A stretch of DNA of 64,000 nt from Asterionella formosa (taxonomy: Eukaryota), in contig NKIB01013053.1 in the NCBI GenBank assembly GCA_002256025.1, positions 1 to 64,000 on the forward strand, given 5' to 3'. The position numbers were made by a program, and so were the translations under genes. The notes below the pieces were generated by a model. The model was not told where the DNA came from, made no database searches, and saw only the letters and a list, made by a program, of their open reading frames with translations. Below, in pieces: positions 45,842 through 56,183 of this stretch; the stretch's first letter is position 1; every line of letters begins with the position of its first letter.

Positions 45842-48775
45842 ATGCCAGGCTCCTCAACTCATGATCACAGCTCCTTCAAGCCCAACAGCTTCGGAAGACT
45901 CGGCGCGCTGGGCACTCAATTCTCTTCGCACGACGTAGAGGTGAAGCGCCTTGGCGCATTTCTCAACCAGGGAGCCTTTGCAGGGTTAATCATTTGGATT
46001 ACACTTGTCTTCGTCGTCTTTTACGCATCTCCACCAGAATCCTATGAGTACCTTGAAGGCCACGAGCTCAAAGCAAACTTACTTCTCTTCGTATTGCTCT
46101 TTGTTACGAATGGCTCGCGATTGCTGCCGCTTTTTTTCAAGGAGCACTCCCAGTTCATGAACACTGGCGCCATGACTGGCTCTTTCACCATCCAGGGCAT
46201 TGCTCTCGCGTCTTGCGGGATCATGATATGTTTACCCACACCAGTTCTGATGGATACTATCACAAACCGACGGGTCCATCTGATGCGATGGGTGGAGTGG
46301 ATCCCCCTTGCCTTTCTCATGACCTTCCTCACGGAAGCCATTGACATGCCCAATCACGATCAAGCCGTAGAAGTGGCGTGGGGACATGCATGGGCCCTGG
46401 CCTTCAGTACCATGGCGGGGATTATATTTCCGTTCTGTACCACCCCGTGGCAGTGGATGGTGGTCTTTGTCATTTCTTGCATTCTTTTTTGTAGTTTGTA
46501 CGTCCGACTGTATCAACGAATGATGAGGTTTCGACGAACCCCCGTGGGAAATAGTGTCGATGAACAAGAATTGCACGACCGAGCCCGACTGAGTTTCAGG
46601 TTGCTTCAAGCATGCTCCATCATGTGGACGGGAATCATCGTAGCATTTGTTGCGTGCTGCGTTGCGGGAAAGTTTGCGCCAGAAGGGTCATGGTGGGCGA
46701 ATCCAGCCTTGCCACTAGTGGTTGAGTGTGCTTTTGAAATTGGATCCAAGATGTGGTATCTCTTGCTTATTGCGGATGTTCATGAAAGCATATTCGACGA
46801 AGGATTAAGGAGCATCCGTCGATTGAAAGAAATGCGGGATATGATGACCTGTGTGTGGGAATCATCGTCTGATGCAATTGCACTTTGTGTCAGGGGAAAG
46901 GAAACCATAAATGCCGTGGTGAGTCCAACTTTTTTGCGCCTGGGTACAGAAAATGCGGAAAGCGATTCCATGAAGTTGGCTCTTCTATTTGAAATTACTC
47001 TGCAACCCAATAGTCAAACCAAACCAGAACACAGAATCGCAACCATGGCTATGGCGAAGCTTGGCAAGAGCAAAAAACATAGCCCTAGCCCACCAAATTT
47101 GCTCTCAGAATTTTTTCACGATGACATGGACTCTTCAGATCAACGGAAAATTGCATCAATGGCGAAGCTGCTCGCCAAATCATGGCACTTTAATAGCCGA
47201 GAATCTCTTGTCATGCATGACTTGTACGGAGAAACACCGACAGGTGAACTACGAACGATTCGATGCGAAGCGAAGATTACCAAGTTAGCCAATGATGCAG
47301 CTGTGGTGGTGTTGCGCGACATTTCGGAAAGATTCCAACGATTTGAAACCGAGAAACAACTCGTTATCGCACTTACGGAGCGCAAGAAGGATTCTGAAGC
47401 GAATCGCTTTGCTCGTCACGAGGTCAAAAACAGTTTAATAGCCGCGCTTTGGATGGTCAATTCCATCAAGGATACCATGGAATCGCCGGATGGAATGGAA
47501 ACGAGCAGGGAAACAATGATCAACGTGAGGAGGGAAGCTGATCAGTCTGAAAGTCAAGCGCAGGGCAGTCTTACCCTGGGAAAGGCCGATATTCCTTTGA
47601 ATTTCCCGGGTTATATGCGAAAATTGGAAGAGAAGCTTCGCGAGGTCCTGGATACATTGGTGACGGAAGCCATAAGTCGTGAAGTCGTCAAAGAGATTTA
47701 CCAACCTCAAAATGAGGCAACCGACATTCGTAGCCTTTTGTCGAAAAATAACCACATGGCATCTTCTGCTGTTGATGATCGCTTTCCCATTTTCGAATCA
47801 AGGAATCCCTTTCCCAAAATCCTCATCGATCCTGATCTCGTATGTATTTTCCATCGTCACGCCGTTTCGAACGCAGTCAAATATGGCAAACAAGGTGGTG
47901 TGGTGCAAACATATCTCGCTTACGAAACTAAGAATAAGCAGTTGCTCATAAGTGTTACAAACCAGCCTGGTAAAAATCATGCAGTTTTGGTGGAAATGAA
48001 CGAGGATGAGACGGCGAAAATATTTTCCTCAGGAACCCGTCTCAACGTGAATAGTAGACCAGTAGACAAAGCAAGTGATGCCCTGTTTGCTATAAGTCCG
48101 GCAGGTGGCGGGGCTTGGATCATGCAAAAGTGTGCCGCGACCATGGGGGGACAGTGTACTATCAAATTTGAGAAAGACTCAACCATATTGTCTCTTTCCT
48201 GTCCTGCCGATGTTGCATCTGACGACTTGTATACATCTGGCGTTTTGGTAAGGGATTCAGCATCACATTTTGAAGTTCCCAAGAACACGTGGGGAATTGC
48301 TGTGGATGACTCTGGTATTCAGAGAAAATTTTTGGAGCGCTTCATGTCCTTGTCCGGAATCGAAAGTAGTAGACGAAGGATTCTGGGAGGATCAGATCAA
48401 GAGATTTTTGGATTCAATGAATATCTAGAGAAACTAATTGTTGAAAACCCTGATGACAAGTTTATGGTCATTGTCGACGAGAACCTAGTGGTTGAGGAGA
48501 AAAAGATTCAACAAACAATTTCCGGTTCCAAGTGTATTGAGACACTGCTGCATAATTTGAAGCCTGAAGATTCACTGCGTTTGCTCGCACTTGTGCGCAG
48601 TGAGGCGGATTCCAGCATAGATATCGCCATGTACAAGGCCCGCACTCACGGTTTTATTTCGAAATCACACATTCACAAAGATATGGTGCTACCGATCATT
48701 GAATGCTGGTGGAAACTGCGTTTTCCCACAGAGGCCGGGGTAGACCTTTCAAGGCAAAAATCGCTTCTTCAGTAA
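45842..48775 (+). CDS. Microbial-rhodopsin-like domain fused to PAS-like, hybrid histidine kinase and receiver domains
   Basis: About 8 TM helices, with helix C-like HLMRWVEWIPL and helix G-like FEIGSKMWY. PAS-like boundaries WESSSDAI...VVVLRDISER. H-box RFARHEVKN, N-box AVSNAVKYG, G2-like GGGAWIMQK. Receiver IAVDDS...VIVDENL...GFISK. Intronless; start taken as Met at 45842. Confidence 0.88.
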   Translation: MPGSSTHDHSSFKPNSFGRLGALGTQFSSHDVEVKRLGAFLNQGAFAGLIIWITLVFVVFYASPPESYEYLEGHELKANLLLFVLLFVTNGSRLLPLFFKEHSQFMNTGAMTGSFTIQGIALASCGIMICLPTPVLMDTITNRRVHLMRWVEWIPLAFLMTFLTEAIDMPNHDQAVEVAWGHAWALAFSTMAGIIFPFCTTPWQWMVVFVISCILFCSLYVRLYQRMMRFRRTPVGNSVDEQELHDRARLSFRLLQACSIMWTGIIVAFVACCVAGKFAPEGSWWANPALPLVVECAFEIGSKMWYLLLIADVHESIFDEGLRSIRRLKEMRDMMTCVWESSSDAIALCVRGKETINAVVSPTFLRLGTENAESDSMKLALLFEITLQPNSQTKPEHRIATMAMAKLGKSKKHSPSPPNLLSEFFHDDMDSSDQRKIASMAKLLAKSWHFNSRESLVMHDLYGETPTGELRTIRCEAKITKLANDAAVVVLRDISERFQRFETEKQLVIALTERKKDSEANRFARHEVKNSLIAALWMVNSIKDTMESPDGMETSRETMINVRREADQSESQAQGSLTLGKADIPLNFPGYMRKLEEKLREVLDTLVTEAISREVVKEIYQPQNEATDIRSLLSKNNHMASSAVDDRFPIFESRNPFPKILIDPDLVCIFHRHAVSNAVKYGKQGGVVQTYLAYETKNKQLLISVTNQPGKNHAVLVEMNEDETAKIFSSGTRLNVNSRPVDKASDALFAISPAGGGAWIMQKCAATMGGQCTIKFEKDSTILSLSCPADVASDDLYTSGVLVRDSASHFEVPKNTWGIAVDDSGIQRKFLERFMSLSGIESSRRRILGGSDQEIFGFNEYLEKLIVENPDDKFMVIVDENLVVEEKKIQQTISGSKCIETLLHNLKPEDSLRLLALVRSEADSSIDIAMYKARTHGFISKSHIHKDMVLPIIECWWKLRFPTEAGVDLSRQKSLLQ

Positions 48776-49279
48776 GAACTGTTAAAAATTTTATGTTTTC
48801 TTGTTCACAAAGAGTCGACAATATTCGGATGCAGATATCAAACAACCAGTTCTATGCGAGTGAGTTTGGCCGCACAACGAGGTATTTCGGATCAAAAAAT
48901 CAAGGACTGGAATCGACAATTTGTAAGAATGCCCTGTGAATCTAAACGAAAGCGTTATACCGAAAGTTGCTTAAAGACGAACCCAAATGAGCCTAATATC
49001 CAAATGTCAGCAAAGGTAGGCACAGGTTTTGTTACATTGCTTAATGTGAAAGCTCCGTGTGGGCGAGATATACAATTATGTAACAGGGAAACATGTACCT
49101 TTCCACAACGATTTAATTTGAACTACTATATATACAGAGACCATCATCTCAGAGTGATGAATTACGTACCATGCAACAAAATCTTTTTTCTTCAAGACTC
49201 TTCTCCGAATCGAGTTCTTCTAGCCGCGCCTTCATTTCGATGATTCTCTCCTTGTGCAAATAGTCATCAATCACGTCAC

Positions 49280-49930
49280 TGCTTCTTTCGGGTCTGAAAT
49301 CATGTCAAAGAACTGAGCAGAACCATAATCAGTGTACTCGATATACTTGTAGTCCATCCTGATCAACCCTCTTGCTGTTGGCCAGGAGGACTTCGGATCA
49401 AGTAAGTATTGAAATTTCGTAAGTAACTCTTTTCGCCAGTCAGTTGAGGTTGTTCGGAAAATTTAAGAAATGTCATGTCCACGTTTAAGGTGAAATTATC
49501 ATTTGGAAGCCCTCCTCCAGTGGAATCCACTTCCCTGCGAGACCGTGCAAGGCATGAACATATCCATTGTCAGTTGTGACCATGACCATTGTTTCGTTGA
49601 GAATTCCATGCCGTTCTAGTTCTTCGTAGACCTTGTCAGCAGCGCTGTCAACTTCAGCAATCAAACGATAGTACTTCTTGACCATTATCTGGTACTACTT
49701 GCATGGTTGGGTGTCAAAAGCGCAAATGATACTATCTTCGCCGACCTTCAAAGCCTCTGCAAAGGACCTGTTCTTGAGCATTTGCCAGCTCGAATCTCTT
49801 CCATTATTGGGATTCGGAATCGTATCGTTTATATAAAGCGCCATGGACTAGGGGATTGGGGCAGTAAATACTCCTTCATGGCATTCGTATCTGGGTTCTG
49901 GTCATAGTTTATAGCGCGAGGTGGATGTTG
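49280..49930 (-). pseudogene. Sulfatase-family pseudogene fragment
   Basis: YYRLIAEVD...LERHGILNETMVMVTTDNGY...HGLAGKW, with downstream RGLIRMDYKYIEY in a broken frame. Confidence 0.7.
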
Positions 49931-50729
49931 AATCACAATGGCAGGTCTGTTATACCGACTGTCGATGTGGCATTCACAATTGTAAATTCAACGAGGGCAT
50001 TGCTTCTTGCTTGCTGTTGTTGGATGATGGTCTGAAATCTTATTGATGAGTTCATTTCTTAACCCTAGCAACTCACTTTTATGCGCAATATTTGCCTTGC
50101 TAATTGCCAATCACCATGGTGCTCATTCATTGTTGCTTTTCTCGTGTTATCATTGCATTCATCTGCTTCTTCGAATGCAAGCATCCTTAATCTTGCAGTG
50201 ATGAGTAGAAATGTCAAGAGAATCAAACAGTAGTCCAATGCGAAGTTGCTGGTTCTGATATCACATACGTTACATTTGTTGGCACCAATACCTGCATCCA
50301 CCACTACACAAATTGCCAATACTATTATGAATAAATTCTCAGATGATTTTCACAACTTTTGTTTCATTTGCCAGCACTCATTTTATTGTTCTAGTCGTGA
50401 TACTTCCTTTGTTATGCAGCCAACTACTGTGAAAGTGTCAAATCTGCTTCTAGCATTGTCGTTTTGTATTTTACATCTCTACTATTTCATGAAAAAAAAT
50501 GGACCATGGGCAACTTCAATTCTTGTTGTCAATATTTTTGTTAATAGAATAATCCTTTTATGATAAATTCACCAAAAAGGGAAGTGTTGTTCTAAATTTT
50601 TGTGGAGATGTTCGCTAGTTACGTCATGATAGTCAAGGTTGGTATGACATGATGCAGTATTCTCCAGCTGCTCACAACGCCTACCAGTATTCATGCACAC
50701 CTAACCCTAAACCTTAATCAAATTCGCTT

Positions 50730-52300
50730 CTAGAAACTCCCAATTCCGAGGAAATTAGGTAACCCTAAGCAATACTTTCGTATTAATCGAACTGTGATAA
50801 TTTGCTCTGAAAGACAATGGCACACACTTGCGTTGAAGTTGTCTTTCCCCTTCTTCTCTTTCAAGCTCAAATTTTGGTATGCACCTTTGTTGGAACATGC
50901 CCACATGTACTCTATTTCTTCCTCTGCAAGTTTTGCATTACATTTTGGCATCAGGAGGATTGTGATGCCAATCTTGGTTGCAGTATATTGCAGCATTTCC
51001 TCTTCATAGCAAGTGTATTTTTGTTTAGGTTTGTGCTTTAAATGAAACGTCCCCTTTCTCAAATAACTTGCAGCAAACCCTTCGCTCTTCCTTCCCATCC
51101 TTCACGAAAATTTTCAACAGTCATGACTGTAAAATTTTTACGCAAAACACAAAGGTGAAATGACACCTTTTTTCTTTCCCTTGGTGCTGATCCCTTTTGT
51201 TTTCAGGTATAATTCCAAGGCTGAAAGATTTCTTTCATTGGTAGAGGTAGTTCTCAATTGAATGTCATGTCATGTTGCTTCCCTTAGTGTTGGAGACATA
51301 CATAATTGACCAAAATGGTCATTTGTTGTGTGTCTCCAACATTCAGTGTACATTGGCTGGAATGGGCCCAAAAATCCTTGATCGCTTTCAATGACCGTTT
51401 CTCTCATTGGAAAGTACCTTCCACCAAAAAAATTATTTATGTAGAGCTGATTGAGGCCATTAAATTGTTGCTTGAAGTTACCAGCACTGTGATCAAATAT
51501 AAAGTCAGTCTCAAATGTTGGGCATATCAAATGAAGAACATCAACAGTATCTTCGAACTGGAGCACCATGTGGGGATAGTTCCAGCATCCCTCTCTGTTT
51601 TCTCCATATTCAAACAAAACATCAAATGGAGACTTTTCTGCCTTCAATGGATTCTTTTGTCATCCACCATACACTTGAATTGCAGCTTTCTTGTCTGCAT
51701 AGTTCATTCCAAGGTGACCAGGGTTTATTTCAGCAAGAATATTCATTGATATCTGTTGGATTATCCCATGCTCATGACAGACAAATGCAGAAATCAGTTA
51801 GACTGCATCTTCATCCTTTGGAAGTAGTGGCTGCTCTCCCTAAGGAACAACCCATATCTTGGATAAAAGTAGAAAACTATTATACTTAGCCATTTCCAAT
51901 GATCACTTTACATGTCTAGATATGCTTGAAAGCTTTCCTCACACTTAAGCTGCAGCCAAATGAGAGCTCATTGATCTTGACTTTCAACTTGTAGCTTGCA
52001 TCAACATGGTACTCAACCATTTCAACTCCATCATTTAGTGTTAAAGTAAAAGCCACAATTATCTGCAATGCATATTTGGGTGCAGAACTCATGAGAGGAA
52101 GCACCTTGTTGACCACTCTTATCATCAAAGCGAAATTAAACTGTGCTGTATCCTCAATTGAGTATTTCTGGATCATGTATAGCTGCAATTGGGTTGCTGG
52201 AGGCCTGTAGCCAGTGGTCATGAAGCACACAATGTTTGCTTATGGCAGCCTTAAAACATGGGTGCATTGTTTGCAGTGTGCACCAATGTCTCTTTGTTTC
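50730..52300 (-). mobile_element. Decayed DDE-type (IS630/Tc1-mariner-like) transposase relic
   Basis: Frameshifted fragments FEYGENREGCWN, FIFDHSAG, LLMPKCNAKLAEEEIEYMWA (compare FLPKxHxELNPIExxW). Confidence 0.6.
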
Positions 52301-53040
52301 ATGAAGGTCACAATGGTCAGATGCAGCTATTGGTGCATTCAGGAGAAAAAGTAGATCTGGAGATTTTCACCACCATTGTTGGAGTGAACAAAGCACATGT
52401 AATGACATGATAGAATTTGCAACCCAAACGAAAGCTAAAAAATAATATACCAGCTCTACTATGACTACCCAAATTTTAGTCATTGTGCACCCATTGTCAG
52501 CCATAACTCCCCATGTCTTTTTCACCATTGGACACCCTACCCTGTTCATTAGCTTCGATATGGTGATTGGTCAAAAAAATATGGGTCTATAGGTCAACTC
52601 TATGCACGAACCTTAAATAGAAATGAAAAACTTTGTCGGATGCCTGAAGAGACATTATGAGCATTGCTGCGACATGGAAAATGTATAGGACCCAGCTGTC
52701 AATGACCTACCGGTGTTCAAGGAATTTCAAATGACTTTCTGGATTCATTCATTTGTCATTTGACAGATACACAATGACTATACCCGTTACAGTGTATTGT
52801 GAACGGCAATCAAAGTACATACCGGTATATCACCACATCCACAATGACTTGGGTTCACTGCACCTTGTAATTGACATAAATCATTTAAAAAGGATGTGAA
52901 TGCCATGACATGTTCAACACGGGTAAATTTTGGTAATCAAATGCCGGTATGTCTCTTCAGTTTATGATAGCTGGTTTACTAATGATAGCCATGACTTTCA
53001 CGATTACCAGACGACATGACTGTTGTGCCCATCATATATA

Positions 53041-53130
53041 AATTGATATGTCAATTTTGCTGAAACGAAAACTTTAGCTATCTTTGTCTAATCTTAGATT
53101 GTTTATTTAAGTAAAATGACCGCAACTTGC
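53041..53130. mobile_element. ~90-bp TIR mini-element copy
   Basis: Reverse complement aligns with 18084-18172; the copy ends AAAATGACCGCAACTTGC. Confidence 0.65.
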
Positions 53131-53534
53131 TTTTACCAGGTATTATGTTCTCGGAGTACATACCTGGTAGCGGTTGGAATGGTTACGAATTGCTTCACCA
53201 TCATTCGAGGTACTATTCCGTTGTTGTCCTCTATTAATTATTGCCCCATATTTATATCCTAGTTAGATATTTCCTTCAAACAGTCATCGCAACCCCGTTC
53301 AGATGGCTACGACAAGCCCTAAATGTAACTTTAGAATAAAAAGTTCGTTCACTATACAGCGTCAAAAGTCACTCTATTTTTTCATGATGAAGTGGTCAGA
53401 AGGTATTGCAAAACGCGACGCGAGTTGACGAGTTTTGTCACATTTGATTTCACATTATTTTTAGCATCACCCATATTATTGTTACACGCAAACCCCAAAA
53501 CACTAGCATTAAAAAAGCACACACAAAATTTACC

Positions 53535-54983
53535 ATGATGCCAAGAAGTTCTCAAGACCGTGCTTTCCAACATCTCACCCATAAACCTCACGGCTTTGAT
53601 GAGATGGACCCGTTTTGTGTTCATGCGATGTTCGAGGATCGGCGGCTCCAACAACACGCGATAGCAGCAGCTGCTGCTTCAGAGTGCAACCAAAAGAAAT
53701 TTCTTTCAAACATTTTGAACCCGAAAAAAGCAGGGATACCAAAAGTCATTCGTTTTCAACAAGAAGATGCGCCAGACAAGGAAGCAGAGAAGAAGCATTT
53801 CGAACCTTCTCCTTTTGTTGGGATGATCATTGAGGTTCAACAAGAACAACAAGTTGATGGACGTCGTACTCCTCCTCGAGGGAACTTGTCACTTGATCCA
53901 AATAATCGAAACAGATACTCAAGAAAATCTCAACCCTCCATGTCTCAAACACCACCCCGTACTCGTCAGCAATCTCTTTTTGATAATGCCATCTCCTCGG
54001 AACAATACCGACTAGGCAGGCAACATTCGGGTGAGTCGTCACATCCGCTATCAAGACGCCCGGGTGATCGATCACTAGTTAGAGATGTCAGAGATGAAAT
54101 CAATATCACAGGCGGACCGCTGTCCTCTGCATCTATTGCTACCAAGAAAAAAAGCTCCGTCAACGAGCGAAAAACTTTCACAACAAGACAAGAGGATTTG
54201 CAGTGGAAGAGCTCAGGAAATTGGACCCACGAAGTTAAAACACGTTCCAAGCGACCAAACTTACCACCGGAGCGTAGGTCAAAAACCGTCTTGGAGGTGG
54301 CCAATCATATCACTTCAAGGAGAAGCGAATTGCGGCAAAAGAGCTCAAGGGATAGCACTCATGGCGTTGCTCATTCTGCTGATAGACCTGCTTCCGGGTC
54401 CATTCGACCTTGCAAGCGACAAGAAACTGACACTTCAATTCACCCTGAAATGCAAAGACGAAACTTGGGGGATGGCAAAAGGCCTCCACATGAAATAATT
54501 ACTTCAGTGCTGGTGCGTCCGTCACATGTTCCGCTCGAAGCCATTGATCATCTCGCTTCATCCCGCCAAAAATTCTGCCAATCCCACTCCATGGGCACAG
54601 GCCAGGAACGAATCAACCTGGGATATGACAAATCCAAGTCTATCGTGGTCTCAACTGTGGGCCCTCATTGTGCCCGATCCTTGGGACTGAATACATCTGA
54701 ACGATCTGCTCAAAGATCTATAGGTTCCAAGATGTCTGCCACAAATTTAAGTTCCTCAGCTCCTGTTCACCTATCCCTCAAGAGTGAAGGTCATCGAGGG
54801 TTATTTCAAAGGCAGGAGCATAACCAAGTGGAACATCTCTCCCGGTTCATTGAGCAATCTTCAACTTCTAATAGATCTCCTCTAACACTGTCCATATCAC
54901 CAAAATCATATTCTCAACCAGGAATGGTAAAACTTGGCCCATTGTCCAAAACGAAGACTTTCTTTGGCAGCAAAGCAGCCTAG
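53535..54983 (+). CDS. Hypothetical Ser/Arg-rich, probably disordered protein
   Basis: Uninterrupted 482-aa ORF with no recognisable domain. Confidence 0.65.
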   Translation: MMPRSSQDRAFQHLTHKPHGFDEMDPFCVHAMFEDRRLQQHAIAAAAASECNQKKFLSNILNPKKAGIPKVIRFQQEDAPDKEAEKKHFEPSPFVGMIIEVQQEQQVDGRRTPPRGNLSLDPNNRNRYSRKSQPSMSQTPPRTRQQSLFDNAISSEQYRLGRQHSGESSHPLSRRPGDRSLVRDVRDEINITGGPLSSASIATKKKSSVNERKTFTTRQEDLQWKSSGNWTHEVKTRSKRPNLPPERRSKTVLEVANHITSRRSELRQKSSRDSTHGVAHSADRPASGSIRPCKRQETDTSIHPEMQRRNLGDGKRPPHEIITSVLVRPSHVPLEAIDHLASSRQKFCQSHSMGTGQERINLGYDKSKSIVVSTVGPHCARSLGLNTSERSAQRSIGSKMSATNLSSSAPVHLSLKSEGHRGLFQRQEHNQVEHLSRFIEQSSTSNRSPLTLSISPKSYSQPGMVKLGPLSKTKTFFGSKAA

Positions 54984-55169
54984 AAGTACATATTACTAAT
55001 AAAAAGAGATTAACTGATAATTAGAACCAATAATTCATGTCGATAATTTCATAAAAATGATTAAAAAACGAATTCTATTCCGTTTGTGACATCCGATGTA
55101 TCATATGAATCCTTTCATTTTCTATTCGCAAAAAGGAGTGTTTCGCACTACTATTTATATCAAGACATT

Positions 55170-56050
55170 TCTTCTATTGTTCATTTTCAGGTGCCGTTGT
55201 GCTCCGCAAGTGCAGCAGTCGGGTAATGAAACCTCCACTATGGAGCAAAGCGTATCTGAAGCCGTCCCATTGAAACCATTCTGACTCAAGTTTAGGTTTG
55301 CGCCTACGTGAAGGGCAGGCACAGTTCCCGTTAGAATTATTCGTAGTCAAATCCAAAGTTTCAATTTGCAAAAAATTGCAATATTCTTCTGGCAAGGGCC
55401 CATCAGTGAATGAATTCTTTGCATATATCGTAGGGTTGCAATTTCGGCTAGAACTCTTCCTTCCAAGATATTGTTCGATAGGATAAGTTCCATCAAGTCG
55501 GGAAAGAACCGAAAGACCGTGCCTGTTAGTTCTCCTATGAGTCCACTATCGTTTAGATTAATTCCAGTCACCTTAAGGATGGATTGCATGTCGTAAGTCC
55601 TTGCCAATCACATTCACTTCCACTTGATAGCTACTATGCCACTCTGATTGCCTTTCTGTCCAATGCAATCCTTGAAACTAAGGTGCAGTAACGCAAGGCC
55701 ATTTCTCTGTTGTAACGACTCGACCCATTGTGATGCTTTGTCAAATTTGATATCAAGTCCAAAATCTGCCATGTTCATGGCAGTCCACAAAGGAGAGCAA
55801 TATTATCAGGTCGACAGCCATCCTTGTCAGGACCAGCATTGTAGTCGGAAACCTTTCGACACGCTCGCAGTTGATTGTACAGCGTCAATACCGGAACGGA
55901 CGAGACGACAAGCGCATTGCAGAACCGGAGATGGATCTGGAGTACCTGATGGTATATATACCGGTAGTTTCCATCAACAGCCATTTTATTCATTCCATAT
56001 TTTTGTGTGAATTCGTCACTATTTTCATGGACTATGGCATGTAACAAGGA
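55170..56050 (-). pseudogene. Frameshifted tandem duplicate of the LRR gene at 56184-57929
   Basis: Fragments PDNIALL, QRNGLALLHLSF, ECDW, LKVTGINL..LIGELTGTVFRFFP parallel PENIALWW, QRFGLALLHLSL, ECEW, LKVSAINL..ELPSSIFRFFP of the neighbour. Confidence 0.8.
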
Positions 56051-56183
56051 GATCTATCAATATTTTTATCTTAGTAGGCTAGTTTAGTAAGAATGATAAT
56101 GAGGAATAAACACAAGACCTATATAGCATACATACCTTTACTTTGTGATATTAGTTTGGAGTGAAGCCTTTGCAGCATATCAT

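Noticed and set aside
50698..50720. Chromosome end or true telomere
   Set aside because: Only 2-3 imperfect hexamers at an internal position.
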